DNA of 64,000 nt from an uncultured Rhodospirillaceae bacterium (GCA_964344935.1 CAYFPL010000008.1:76754-140753), one strand, 5' to 3'. Shown: positions 10,943-21,835, counted from the stretch's first letter. Translations and numbers: made by a program. Notes: generated by a model from the sequence alone, not told the origin.

Positions 10943-11067
10943 ACGTTTGGTTGGAGGCTAATACAGATAACTTTTATGGTCAAACTGGGCCGAGCCAGGA
11001 AAATTGACCCAGCAATCAGATGCCTGTTCACTAGCCGGACAGCGGATGCAACAGTGCGGAACGGCGT

Positions 11068-11907
11068 ATGACGTACAAAATTACACCTCTCACCAACCAC
11101 ACCGGGGCCGAAGTCCGCGGCGTCGATCTATCAGGCCCAATCGACACAGTGACCCGAGAGGCACTCAACCGTTCGTTTCTTGACCATGCGGTCCTGGTGT
11201 TTCGCGACCAATCACTATCCGCGACCGAACTACTTGGCGCCGTGCAAAACTTCGGCGAAGTGTTCGAGCAGCACAACACCCGCTTTGCTCTGCCGGATTG
11301 TCCGCAAATCCACTACCTCTCGAACCAGGACCATTACGCCAACGGCAAACGCTATATTCCAGGTGCCGGCTATCACACCGATCATTCCAATGACCCTATG
11401 CCGCCCAAGGCAACTGTTTTGCTGGCTCTGCAATTGCCGGATCGAGGAGGCGATACCCAATTCGTCAACATGCACAAAGCATATGTGGAGCTGCCGGACC
11501 ACATGAAGACCCGGATCGACGGATTGAAATGCAAGCACGTCTATCAAAGCAGACACAGCGAACGGAAACTGATGGGCTTGACGCCGGAGCGGCAAGACGA
11601 GTTGGCAAAGGCTGTCATCCACCCTCTCGTCCGCACCCATCCAGAGACGGGTCGCAAATCCCTTTACCTCAATCCCATCCGTATCGAGGAAATCCCGGGA
11701 TTGGCGGAAGCCGATGCATTGGCCTTGCTCAACGAACTATTGGCGCATGGGACACAGGAAAAGTACCAATACCGCCACCAATGGCGGTTGGGGGATCTGG
11801 TGATGTGGGACAACCGTTGCCTGCTACACAAGGCCAACGGCGACTATGACCACGATCAAGTCCGCTATCTCTATCGGGTCATGCTCAAGGGAACCGCGCC
11901 TTATTGA
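11068..11907 (+). CDS. TauD/TfdA-family Fe(II)/2-oxoglutarate-dependent dioxygenase
   Basis: HTDHS forms the HxD facial-triad motif. The ~279-aa length and overall sequence match the taurine dioxygenase family. Confidence 0.8.
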   Translation: MTYKITPLTNHTGAEVRGVDLSGPIDTVTREALNRSFLDHAVLVFRDQSLSATELLGAVQNFGEVFEQHNTRFALPDCPQIHYLSNQDHYANGKRYIPGAGYHTDHSNDPMPPKATVLLALQLPDRGGDTQFVNMHKAYVELPDHMKTRIDGLKCKHVYQSRHSERKLMGLTPERQDELAKAVIHPLVRTHPETGRKSLYLNPIRIEEIPGLAEADALALLNELLAHGTQEKYQYRHQWRLGDLVMWDNRCLLHKANGDYDHDQVRYLYRVMLKGTAPY

Positions 11908-12047
11908 TTAGCCAATACAGGCGCAAAAAAATTGATGGGCTTCACACGCCGGCACCAATAAGATTGTGGGTGAAAGAAAATCTAGGGCACGGACTAGCCA
12001 TGCCAAACCCGGGCGAACTTGGTTAGACATGGCGAAAGGGAGAAACT

Positions 12048-13199
12048 ATGTCGCGAAAATCAATTCTGATCACATCGGTTTTGGCAGCGGCCGTTGTTGC
12101 GGCGCCTATGCAGATGGCAGGTGCAGTGGAACCGGTTAAACTGCGCTGGGCATCGGATCATAATGGACCGCCGCATCCAGCCGCCATCGCGGAAGTCTAC
12201 TTTGCTGAACAGGTGGAAAAGCGCATTCCCGGCAGCAAGGTACAGATTTTCTGGGCCAAGTCACTCTATACCGTGCCTCAGGGCACCAAAGCGTTGACCC
12301 AGGGCAACCTGGAGATCCTTACAGGCCAGTTCGGCAAGACCTCCAGTGTTGAACCTTTAGCCAATGTGTTGCTGGGCGCAGGCAAACTGTCCACCGTCGG
12401 GGCCATCGATGCGGTCGATCGCACCAAGACTTTCGCGGCCCTGGCTGATCATTTCAACAAAGCCCATGACATCACCATCATGGGGGCGGGACATTTGAGC
12501 ATGTATATGGGCGCAGGTGCGGTGAAGGGCCGGTTGATCGGACCGGCCGATTTCTCCGGCAAGAAGATGCGCTCCATGGGTCCGGCCGAGAACGCCCTGT
12601 TGAGCGCGCTCGGCGCCAATCCCCAGGCCATGGCTTTCGGCGACGTACCGCCGGCCCTGCAGACCGGCGTCATCGACGGCCTGCTTACCTCGCTAGGTGG
12701 TTTCAATGCCACCAAGGAGCAGGCCCCCTACTTCACCGTAGCTGGCCTCAACGGGATCGTCGGGGATTACTATTGGTTTGGCGTTTCGAACCGCTGGTGG
12801 AGCCGGCTGTCCAAGGAACAGCAGGACGTCCTGGCCGACATCATCAAGAACGATTTCATCCCGTTTCAGCGCGTCATCAACTATTGCAACGACCAGCGCA
12901 CCTTGGCCAGGTTCGTCACCACGGATAAGAGCGCACCGGGCATCTATGTCCTGAGCCAGGCAGAAGCCGCCATCATCAAGAAGGCCGAGGGCGGCGCCAC
13001 CAACGAATGGATCAAGACAAAGGTCAACGATGTCGGCGACAAACTGGTCGACCAATTCTCCATGGAAGCGGAAGCCTTGGTGAAGGCCAACCCGCCGGGT
13101 TCCCATGCCTTGGAGAAAACGGACTGCTCGAAGTACGAAAAGTATTTCGCCAAGTACGGCAAGGGGGGAGACCTGTACAAGGCGAAGAGCCGGAAATAG
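12048..13199 (+). CDS. TRAP transporter substrate-binding protein (DctP family)
   Basis: Signal peptide MSRKSILITSVLAAAVVAAPMQMAGA, and a ~380-aa DctP-like fold positioned immediately before the DctQ/DctM genes. Confidence 0.8.
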   Translation: MSRKSILITSVLAAAVVAAPMQMAGAVEPVKLRWASDHNGPPHPAAIAEVYFAEQVEKRIPGSKVQIFWAKSLYTVPQGTKALTQGNLEILTGQFGKTSSVEPLANVLLGAGKLSTVGAIDAVDRTKTFAALADHFNKAHDITIMGAGHLSMYMGAGAVKGRLIGPADFSGKKMRSMGPAENALLSALGANPQAMAFGDVPPALQTGVIDGLLTSLGGFNATKEQAPYFTVAGLNGIVGDYYWFGVSNRWWSRLSKEQQDVLADIIKNDFIPFQRVINYCNDQRTLARFVTTDKSAPGIYVLSQAEAAIIKKAEGGATNEWIKTKVNDVGDKLVDQFSMEAEALVKANPPGSHALEKTDCSKYEKYFAKYGKGGDLYKAKSRK

Positions 13200-13293
13200 C
13201 GATAGCCATGCACGTGGATGTCGAGGGGCCGCCGCATATCAGGCGGCCCCTGTTTTTTCCATTGTCCGTACATTTGGTTGATCCGGAGTAGAC

Positions 13294-13845
13294 ATGGACG
13301 CATTCCTTACTTTTTCGGAGCGTGCGAAACGCGTTATTCAAATGGCGCTCGGCTGGATCGGGGCGGCAATGCTGCTGGCCCTTACTCTGTTCGCCCTGCT
13401 CGAGATCGTTCGCCGCTATGTTTTTGGCGTGGTCTTTGAATGGGGCCAGGATGCGATCATCGTCGGCATGGTCTCCGCCGTTGCCTTCTACTTTTGCGTG
13501 ACGCAGGTCAACCGTGGCCACTTGGTGATGAATGCGATAGTACAATTGCTGCACGCACGCGGACTTTACAAAACCGTTGCCGTTTTCAAGATCATCGTCT
13601 CCGCTGTGATCGTCTTCTTCTGCGGCGCCGTGGGCATTACCGGCTGGCCCACCCTTAGCTATGCTTGGGGGCGGGACCTTACGACATACAGTCTGCTTAT
13701 TCCGTTGTGGCCGTTCTATCTGATCCTGATGCTCGGCTTCGTTTTGATGGCGTTTGTCGCTTTGCTGCAAATTATCGAAGACATCATCGAATTGGCGCGT
13801 GGAGAACATCTTGATGCGGAAATCCAATTGACGACGGACGTTTAG
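13294..13845 (+). CDS. TRAP transporter small permease (DctQ family)
   Basis: 183-aa hydrophobic protein with four predicted TM segments, lying between the DctP and DctM genes. Confidence 0.75.
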   Translation: MDAFLTFSERAKRVIQMALGWIGAAMLLALTLFALLEIVRRYVFGVVFEWGQDAIIVGMVSAVAFYFCVTQVNRGHLVMNAIVQLLHARGLYKTVAVFKIIVSAVIVFFCGAVGITGWPTLSYAWGRDLTTYSLLIPLWPFYLILMLGFVLMAFVALLQIIEDIIELARGEHLDAEIQLTTDV

Positions 13846-13877
13846 CCGCCGGCGGCTGGGATTATTGAGGCTTCGCG

Positions 13878-15161
13878 ATGCTGCCCCTTGCATTGATACT
13901 GTTCGGATTGCTGATCGTTGGCGTTCCCATCGGCATTTCCCTTGCGGGCTCCACCGCCGTTTTGGTCTTGTTCGATGACTTTCTGAGCTTCAGCACCCTG
14001 TTCGAAGCCTTTTTTATCTTCATCAGCAAATACACGCTGATCGCCATTCCGTTCTTCATCTATGCCGGTTTCCTGATGGAGAAAACCGGCCTTGTTCGTG
14101 GGCTGTTCAATCTCGCGGATGCTGTGATCGGTTGGGTGCCGGGCGGTTTCGCCTATGCGACCCTGATTGCCGCCGTATTGTTCGGCGCCATTTCCGGCTC
14201 CTCCACCGCTATGGCCGCAGCCATGAGCGTCATCGCCTACCCGGAGATGATCAAGCGCGGCTATCCAAAATGGATGGCGGCCGGCGTGATTGCCTCCGCC
14301 GGCGGCATCGCCTTGCTGATCCCGCCCAGCATCACGCTGATCCTGTTCGGGGTAATTACCGAGATTTCCATTGTTGATCTTTTCTTCGCCGGCGTCGTGC
14401 CAGGCATCATGCTGGCGATCAGCGATGCGGTGATCATCGTTTCCGTATCGATCTTCATCGTCAAACTGCCCGCTGGCACGTTCGAGCCGCGCAAATGCTG
14501 GAGCGCTTTCAAGGAAGCGTTACCGGCCTTGCTGATGCCGGTGCTGGTCCTGGGCGGCCTTTATGGCGGTCTGTTCACGCCCACCGAGGCCGGTGCAGCG
14601 GCAGCCTGTTATGCCCTGGGTTATGGCATCATTTTCAAGCGTGGACCCTTCATTAGGGAATTGATGGGGGTGACCCGCCGGGCGATGAACCTGACAGCCG
14701 TTGTGTTCTTTCTCCTCGGCTGTGTTGGCATATTCCAGTTCTTCCTGGCCAACATGGGCTGGCCGCAGGAAATCGCCGCCTGGGCCGGCAACCTGGGCCT
14801 GACCAAATACACTTTCCTATTTGCCCTGATGGCCACACTGCTGTTGCTGTCTATGTGGCTGACAGGCGTGGCCATTCTTGTGCTTACCGTGCCGGTCTAT
14901 TTTCCCGTGGCGCTTTCGTTGGGCGTGGACCCGGTACATCTGGGGATTTTGACCGCACTGTGCATCGAAATTGGCAGCGTCATTCCACCGGTCGGTTTGA
15001 ACCTGTTCGCCGTCAGTGGCGTAACCGGCCTGCCGGTGACACAAGTCATACGCGGCTCGTTCCCGTTCTGCATTTCAGACACCGTTGTGCTGATCATCGT
15101 GCTTTTGTTCCCCATGCTGGCGCTCTGGCTGCCAAGCATGCTGATCACATCCCACTTCTGA
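13878..15161 (+). CDS. TRAP transporter large permease (DctM family)
   Basis: 427-aa polytopic membrane protein. MLPLALILFGLLIVGVPIGISLAG is a typical DctM N-terminus. Confidence 0.85.
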   Translation: MLPLALILFGLLIVGVPIGISLAGSTAVLVLFDDFLSFSTLFEAFFIFISKYTLIAIPFFIYAGFLMEKTGLVRGLFNLADAVIGWVPGGFAYATLIAAVLFGAISGSSTAMAAAMSVIAYPEMIKRGYPKWMAAGVIASAGGIALLIPPSITLILFGVITEISIVDLFFAGVVPGIMLAISDAVIIVSVSIFIVKLPAGTFEPRKCWSAFKEALPALLMPVLVLGGLYGGLFTPTEAGAAAACYALGYGIIFKRGPFIRELMGVTRRAMNLTAVVFFLLGCVGIFQFFLANMGWPQEIAAWAGNLGLTKYTFLFALMATLLLLSMWLTGVAILVLTVPVYFPVALSLGVDPVHLGILTALCIEIGSVIPPVGLNLFAVSGVTGLPVTQVIRGSFPFCISDTVVLIIVLLFPMLALWLPSMLITSHF

Positions 15162-15278
15162 TAAAGGCCGGCGAATTGGCAGTTTTGCTGGGAGCAATCG
15201 CGCCTCTAATGGGTTATGCCCGCGTGAAAAATGATGCCCATGACCATAGCCGGCGTACCGCCCCGGCATTGGCGGCGC

Positions 15279-17233
15279 TTACGGCGACATCGCCGGCGAC
15301 CAATCCGCAAGCGGCGTTATCTTGACTGTATCCGGCGGCGTGGATGCGCCGGGCTCCAGGACGACCACGATGCGGCGAGATTCGCCATTCGCGACCCCAT
15401 CAACATTGATGACGATCTTTTTGATGCCTTCATTCGGTCGCTCGGGCGGGGGTCTTTGCGCCGAGCGTATTTCGAACCTCGCGCCGGCGGGTGAGACGAT
15501 ACGGGCCCCCAGGGACCGGCCATCCTGGCGCAGAACGAGTGTTCCGGGGGCCTGTGGGTTCAGCATTGGCCGTGCACGCGTATGCATCCCCCAGGTAACG
15601 GGTGCGGGCCTTTGTCCGGAAATCTCATCCTGGATCAGGAAGCGGCGCCCTTGCAATAACGCCAGCCCGCGACGGATGCCGCCCGGCGCAGCGCCATAAG
15701 CCGGCCCCAAATCGGCGACGGCGAAACTTAGCCGGGGTGATTGATGGAATGACATCAACGGGGCCTCGGCATCCAGGGCCTGATCTTCATCACCGAAAGT
15801 AAGCGTATTCTGTCCGGTGGTGGTAGTCCGGTAATAATCCCACCTTTTACGCCCGAAATAGCCGGGCAGAAGATAGTTGCCGGGTCCCAGATCCATCGCC
15901 CACCGCACACCCATGCCATCGAGGACGAAACTGCCAAGATCGAGATGGGTATGATGGCCGTGGTTATTGCCGCCCTTGAGAGCCGCAAACAATGCTTTCT
16001 TGTCGTTCCAGGCCGATCGGAAAGCCGCGACATGAATGGCCCCAAACTGCCGGCCTAATGGAAGTCCTAATAAGCTAGGGCCCTTGCCAGCATCGTACCG
16101 GCGCCAAAGAAGATCGAATGCCAATCGCGATCCAGGCGAGGCAGCACTGTCCAACCATGTATCGATTGCGCGATCGAAACGGCTGCCGAGCCATGCCAGG
16201 GCGACGCGGTTTGGCTTCACTTCGCTGTCTCCGAAATTGAAGGCGAGGCCCGTTGGACCGGTCAGATGCAGCAGAAAATCACCGGTCGTCTGAAATCCAG
16301 GCGTGTTCGAGAAATCGAACGACGGACCCATGATAGCTGGTACGGCATCGTGGTAGAGCGCAGCATATCGGCTGGCATAGGACCAATAGCCTGGCCCTTC
16401 GGCAAACCCGCCGTCAGGCTCATATTCCGCCATGCCGTGTTTGATGGATTGCCTCACCTCACCTAGCAGCCGGTTCGACAATTCCGGCTTGTGATTGCGT
16501 ATGACGAGACCGGCGAGCGCGAGGCCACTGTTGCAAACGATATTCCAGTTGAAGGTCTCGACCGGCCAGCCATGATCGGCGCGTTCCGCGGCGGATACTT
16601 CATGGACACGGCGAACATCGGGACGGATCCAGGATGATCCCTTTGCCGGGGCGCCGGCGCTATCATACAAGGCCAGGCCAGGCAGAATGGCTTTTTCCAC
16701 CAATGCCTCGACCAAAATGCTTACGTCGGCCTCGCTCAATCTCGGCGCCAGCCAGCTCATACCGATCGAAACCGCCGCAGCCATTTCCGCCGTATCCAGG
16801 AAATGCGCGGGGTTCCAATGTTTGAACGCCGCGACGGCCAACAATTCCGCGCGGCCGCGGGCGGCATAGCGCTCATCTTGCCAAAGCCTCCAGGCAAGTC
16901 CCAGCACCGAGGCTCGCTTCAGCATTTTGCGCGAGGTCTTCAACATCAGGGCTGGTTTGCCGTGATAGGTCACCTCGAACGTGTGTGCCATAAGAGGTTT
17001 TTTCAGAAGCGACTCGGCCTTGTGGCGTAGCTCGTCAAGGCGACGGGCTGCATTGGTGTCCGATTTGGCGGTATTCACCAATTCCACCAAACGATCCGGC
17101 GTAAGCATGATTTGCGGCAAGGCCTGCGCTGCTGCTGGTGTGCAAATGTCGATCTGAAACGCGAACAGGGCGCACGTGGCTGCGATGAGGCCAAGCCTCG
17201 ACGTCCAACAGAAAAAAGGGGGCCGCTTCATCA
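15279..17233 (-). CDS. Heparinase II/III-family protein (polysaccharide lyase-like), secreted
   Basis: GGNNHGHHTHLDLGSFVLDGMGVRWAMDLG is the Hepar_II_III C-terminal signature. The N-terminal signal peptide is MKRPPFFCWTSRLGLIAATCALFA. The track ORF starts at 17366; the likely start is MMKRPP. Confidence 0.75.
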
Positions 17234-17365
17234 TGCAATGCTCCCGTTTATAGGCGCCGGGAACGTTATCATACCTTTGCCCCATGCCGCCAAAACCGGC
17301 GGAAACGGTGCTACTGCCATTTGTCAAAACCCAGAAAGCCCGATACCCTCCCATTTGCAGCCGCA

Positions 17366-20300
17366 ATGTCGCTGGGGGCCGTATTGCATCGACTCGCCCG
17401 GTTTATTCTCGCAATTTTGGTTTCCGGCCCAGCCGTCCTCTTGCTGGATCCAGGTTTTGCATTGGCCGATGCCTGCACCTACCCAACCAAACAACCCAAA
17501 CCGCTACTGCCGGCCGATCCAGAGTTATGCAGGACCTTTGACCCAGTTGTCCGCAATCCTTCCGGCCTGCCGCAGAGAGCCTACCAATTAAAGCTGCAGG
17601 TTTACCTTGACGGCTTTTGCCATCGTGACAAGAAAGCGGGCTGGGTGCGCGACAAGTTCGTGCGCGACACGGGCCCGAGCACTGCACAGCTGTCGCAAGG
17701 AATCTGGCAAAACAGTTACCACGGTACCCATGCTCCAGTGGTGATCTGGTATTCGCCCGAGATGTATACGTGGATGAAGCAGAACCGGACCGCATCGGAC
17801 GAAGACAAGAAGTCCGACACGTCTGCGGTGCCCGATGGTGCCATCATGGTGAAGGAAATGTATCCCGCGCCCGGTTCCGTTTGCCGGGAGGTGACGCCGG
17901 AGTACTTGCTGCCGATCACTCAGGGTGCCGCGATCATGGTCCGCGACGCCAAGGCGAGCCACGATGGCTGGTACTGGGGCTGGTTCGGATGGAGCGGTTG
18001 GCAGCCCGATTACCCGGCCGAAAAGCCGAAGGCGCTTACTAATATGGGATTTGCCCAGTATTGCTTGAACTGCCATTCCTCGGCCCGCGGCAACCAAACG
18101 TTCGCAGCTTTGAAAAATATCGAGAACGAGCCGGGCCGCCCACTGGTGTATTTGAGCGCGCATGAGAATCCGGTCCCGGGCGCGGCCGGTAAGCATCGTG
18201 AAAAAACTTCGTCAAGCACTGGCCCGCCGCGGCGAACAGTCGGTCTCGATGCCTACAACCCGGCATTTCAGGCTGCATTCAAATTGAAGGACGGCGCCCC
18301 CGCGCCAAGCGAGGCAACCGTATCCAAAATGCCGCCGCAAAATTATGACCACACATTCGTTTCGGCCGGCGGCCCGACCATCCACGACGAATATCTGACG
18401 TCGAGTCAGTGCCTCGGCTGCCACGACGCCGGCAGTACTGGGTTGAGCTTTGAAATGGCGATTCCGGTCGCACCGGACGATCCCGCCGCGCGCGGGGACC
18501 AAATGTGGAATCACTCACCCTATGCGACGTGGCGGACCTCGCCCATGGGTCTCGCCGGTCGCGATCCCATATTCTTTTCCCAACTGGCCAGCGAGACCCA
18601 GAGTTTTCATCCCGGTATTTCCAAGGTTGTGGAGAACACCTGTCTTGGCTGTCATGGCATCCTGGGGCAACGGCAGTTCGCCATCGACCATTTTGCCAAG
18701 AGCGGGCCCGATGCCGGTTCTGTCGAAGAGAGATGCGGTGCCTTTACCCGCGAAAAGCTCGATTCCGTGCCTTGGCCGGAGCATAAATCCGCCAATCCAC
18801 GCCTAGCAGACGCCAAACACGGTGCCCTGGCCCGCGACGGTATTTCATGCCTCTCCTGCCATCGCATGGTGCTCGGCGAGGCGGCATCAGCACGGGCGGC
18901 CGCTCAGGAACAGAATGACTGCGTTATCGCACGGCAGGAGTTTCTCAACCCGGGTCTGCAAGGCTTCGCCAAGACATTCACCGGCTCATTCCTGGTTGAT
19001 GGTCCCACGAACATATATGGCCCCTTCAAGGAACCTAAAGCCACTCCTATGCGGGATGCCTTGGGGAATACGCCGGCCCATTCATCGACCATCTCCATGT
19101 CGCAGACCTGCGGCACCTGTCACACGGTGCATTTGCCGGTATTTCACAAGGGCAAACAGATCGGCCATGTTTACGAGCAGTTGACCTTCCCCGAATGGGC
19201 TTTCAGCGCCTATAGAACCGGGATTTCGCCTGACGGCCCATTACCCGAAGGCGCCGGTCAGCGCGCCAAAAGCTGCCAGGATTGCCATATGCCGTCAGTC
19301 GATCCTGACGGCTCGCCGACCCGTTCACGCATCGCTTCTATTCAGGAATATTCGAATTTCCCCCAGGCCGAATTCACCCGTGCGCCGGACGAGATCGACC
19401 TGCCCATCCGGGAGGGATTTTCACGTCACACCCTGGTGGGATTGAATATCTTCCTGACCAAGATGGCGCAGCAGTTTCCGGATGTGCTGGGTATTGGCAC
19501 TCAGGACCCGATGATGGGCAAGCGTGGGATCGATCCATTGATCTACACCGAACGAAAGATGCTGGATCAGGCCGCCAACGCGACCGTAAAAATCTCAGTT
19601 CCGTCGGTTAGGGTCGACAACGACAAGGGCACGCTCAACGCCGATGTGCGGGTCGTCAATCATGTCGGCCACAAGTTTCCTTCCGGCGTCGGCTTTCGCC
19701 GTGCTTTCATCTCATTCGAAGTCATGGACCAAGGTGGTGAGGTCATCTGGTCATCTGGCGGAACCGATGGCGTGGGCCGAATTGTCGGCGACGACGGCAA
19801 ACCGCTAGCGGGCGAGATGTGGTGGACAGCGGATTGCGCCAAGCGACTTGAACCGAACAAACGCATTCACCAACCGCATTACCAGACGATTTCGCGCCAG
19901 GATCAGGTGCAAATCTATCAGGAACTGGTTAGCGCGCCGGCGGACATCGGAAGCCCGCAATGCGGCCACGGCGCCCCCCCACAGGGAGCGTTGACCACTT
20001 CATTCCTGTCCATATGTGCTGAAGTCAAAGACAATCGGCTTTTGCCTCATGGATACTTGCCGCTTGAAAAGCGGATCGCGATTGCACGTGCGCTTGGGGC
20101 GAAGGCGGACATGGCGGAAGATTCCGGCCCCACGGCGGTTGGCAATGATCCCGACTACGCCGACGGAAAAGGCGGCGGCGATACGTTGAACTATGCCATC
20201 CCCCTATCGGACCTAAAGGGTGAACCGGCGCAAGTGCGCGCCCGTATGTGGTATCAGGCGACGCCGCCGTTCTATTTGCAGGACCGGTTCTGCACGGCCC

Positions 20301-20419
20301 GTGGCAACGACACAAGCCGCCTTTACTATCTCGCCGGCCATCTGAACCTGGACAATTCCCCAGCGGATAACTGGAAACTGCTCGTCGGTGATACGGGACC
20401 GCGCGAGATCCAGCCGTGA
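17366..20419 (+). CDS. Large secreted hexaheme c-type cytochrome of unknown function
   Basis: Six CXXCH motifs: CLNCH, CLGCH, CLGCH, CLSCH, CGTCH, CQDCH. The signal peptide MSLGAVLHRLARFILAILVSGPAVLLLDPGFALA precedes them. The final ~380 aa carry no haem motif. Confidence 0.7.
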   Translation: MSLGAVLHRLARFILAILVSGPAVLLLDPGFALADACTYPTKQPKPLLPADPELCRTFDPVVRNPSGLPQRAYQLKLQVYLDGFCHRDKKAGWVRDKFVRDTGPSTAQLSQGIWQNSYHGTHAPVVIWYSPEMYTWMKQNRTASDEDKKSDTSAVPDGAIMVKEMYPAPGSVCREVTPEYLLPITQGAAIMVRDAKASHDGWYWGWFGWSGWQPDYPAEKPKALTNMGFAQYCLNCHSSARGNQTFAALKNIENEPGRPLVYLSAHENPVPGAAGKHREKTSSSTGPPRRTVGLDAYNPAFQAAFKLKDGAPAPSEATVSKMPPQNYDHTFVSAGGPTIHDEYLTSSQCLGCHDAGSTGLSFEMAIPVAPDDPAARGDQMWNHSPYATWRTSPMGLAGRDPIFFSQLASETQSFHPGISKVVENTCLGCHGILGQRQFAIDHFAKSGPDAGSVEERCGAFTREKLDSVPWPEHKSANPRLADAKHGALARDGISCLSCHRMVLGEAASARAAAQEQNDCVIARQEFLNPGLQGFAKTFTGSFLVDGPTNIYGPFKEPKATPMRDALGNTPAHSSTISMSQTCGTCHTVHLPVFHKGKQIGHVYEQLTFPEWAFSAYRTGISPDGPLPEGAGQRAKSCQDCHMPSVDPDGSPTRSRIASIQEYSNFPQAEFTRAPDEIDLPIREGFSRHTLVGLNIFLTKMAQQFPDVLGIGTQDPMMGKRGIDPLIYTERKMLDQAANATVKISVPSVRVDNDKGTLNADVRVVNHVGHKFPSGVGFRRAFISFEVMDQGGEVIWSSGGTDGVGRIVGDDGKPLAGEMWWTADCAKRLEPNKRIHQPHYQTISRQDQVQIYQELVSAPADIGSPQCGHGAPPQGALTTSFLSICAEVKDNRLLPHGYLPLEKRIAIARALGAKADMAEDSGPTAVGNDPDYADGKGGGDTLNYAIPLSDLKGEPAQVRARMWYQATPPFYLQDRFCTARGNDTSRLYYLAGHLNLDNSPADNWKLLVGDTGPREIQP

Positions 20420-20599
20420 CCCGATCGTTGCAACTGTAAATTTTCACGCCGGTTTTCGCTCGGATTTTGGTGGCGCTGGTAACTGGGGGCACGCACACTA
20501 TTATGTCGGCGTCGCTATGAGACGATTTCGTCGTCTTGAATTATTCTGGTTTATCAATCGTTCGGCGAATGCAAACTACAGAAACTGGAGGTCCGTGCG

Positions 20600-20842
20600 G
20601 TGTCTAGAACCTTCTTTGCTGCACTTCACAAGATTACCGAAAATCCGCTCGTGAATATCTTTGTTGGACTAATATTCGCGACAACGGGAGTGCTTGAAAT
20701 TATTGACGGTTTTCAGTCCGAGATGAAATCGAACGCAATCGGTGTGCATCATGGGGCTGTTCTGTTCGGCACAGTACATATCTTGAAAAGTCTGCCCGAA
20801 TTTTTCGAGGGCGCGAAATATTTCGAGAAATCAGAGGACTGA
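20600..20842 (+). CDS. Small hypothetical membrane protein in an AT-rich patch
   Basis: 80-aa ORF with a GTG start preceded by GGAGG. One or two predicted TM helices (LVNIFVGLIFATTGVL, AVLFGTVHIL). Local GC is visibly below the flanking sequence. Confidence 0.4.
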   Translation: MSRTFFAALHKITENPLVNIFVGLIFATTGVLEIIDGFQSEMKSNAIGVHHGAVLFGTVHILKSLPEFFEGAKYFEKSED

Positions 20843-20918
20843 CCTCATAGAACAAATTCGCGGGGCTCGGCTTGAGGCGAGCATTGTCCTGGCCGACATC
20901 GAATTCTGATTGCGAAAC

Positions 20919-21701
20919 CTACTCCGCAGATAGCCGCTTCGCCGTTTCGGCCTTGCTTTCGCTGCCTTTGGCGCGGTCCGCTAGGCGGGCGACCTCTGCC
21001 TCCATCTCGGGAGCGATGACGCCGATGGAGATAATGTATTTCGCGGCATCCTCGACGGACATATCCAAGAAGATCAGATCCCGGCGCGGTACCATCAACA
21101 GGAAACCCGAGGTCGGGTTCGGCGTCGTTGGGACATAAATATTGATCATATCGTCGTCCAGGTGTCCCGCTACTTCGCCCTCGGTCTCTCCGGTGACGAA
21201 GGCCACAGTCCATAGGCCGCGTCGGGGATACTCGACCAGGACCGCCTGGCGGAAAGATTGTGACGTCTGGCTCAATACCGTTTCCAACACCTGTTTCAGG
21301 GCGCCGTAGATCGTGCGCACCACCGGCATGCGGTTGACCAGACGCTCGCCGGCCCGCAGCAAAGTACGGCCAAAGATATTGGCCGTCAGGAAGCCAACGA
21401 ATGTGAGGATCACCGCCATGATAACCAGGCCCAGGCCAGGCAGTGAGAACGGCAGGTAGTTTTCCGGATTGTATTTCGCCGGCAGCAGCGGGATGGCCTG
21501 GCTATCGACCCAGTCGATGAACTGCCAGGTCAAATAGATCGTAAGGGCGATGGGCGCCGTAACGATAATGCCGGTCAGAAAATAATTGCGCAGCCGGGTC
21601 AAAATGCCGGGCCGTTGCCGCGGTGCGATCAGGACGGGTGTTTCCTCGCCCCCCTGCCCCGGCTTCTGGGGCTGCTCGTTGTCCGGCGGGGTTTCTGGCA
21701 T
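20919..21701 (-). CDS. DUF502-family membrane protein
   Basis: Two N-terminal TM helices followed by the conserved VEYPRRGLWTVAFVTGE block characteristic of DUF502. Confidence 0.7.
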   Translation of the reverse strand: MPETPPDNEQPQKPGQGGEETPVLIAPRQRPGILTRLRNYFLTGIIVTAPIALTIYLTWQFIDWVDSQAIPLLPAKYNPENYLPFSLPGLGLVIMAVILTFVGFLTANIFGRTLLRAGERLVNRMPVVRTIYGALKQVLETVLSQTSQSFRQAVLVEYPRRGLWTVAFVTGETEGEVAGHLDDDMINIYVPTTPNPTSGFLLMVPRRDLIFLDMSVEDAAKYIISIGVIAPEMEAEVARLADRAKGSESKAETAKRLSAE

Positions 21702-21835
21702 CAGTCTTTCGTCGTCGGATGATTAATATCTATGCGCCTCACTTAATGCTGAATGGCGCCGCTGTCCATCTTATTCGCGATACGGACTCGAGCGCCGTAT
21801 GTTATGCTTGTCGAACATCACGATCGAGTTACCGA

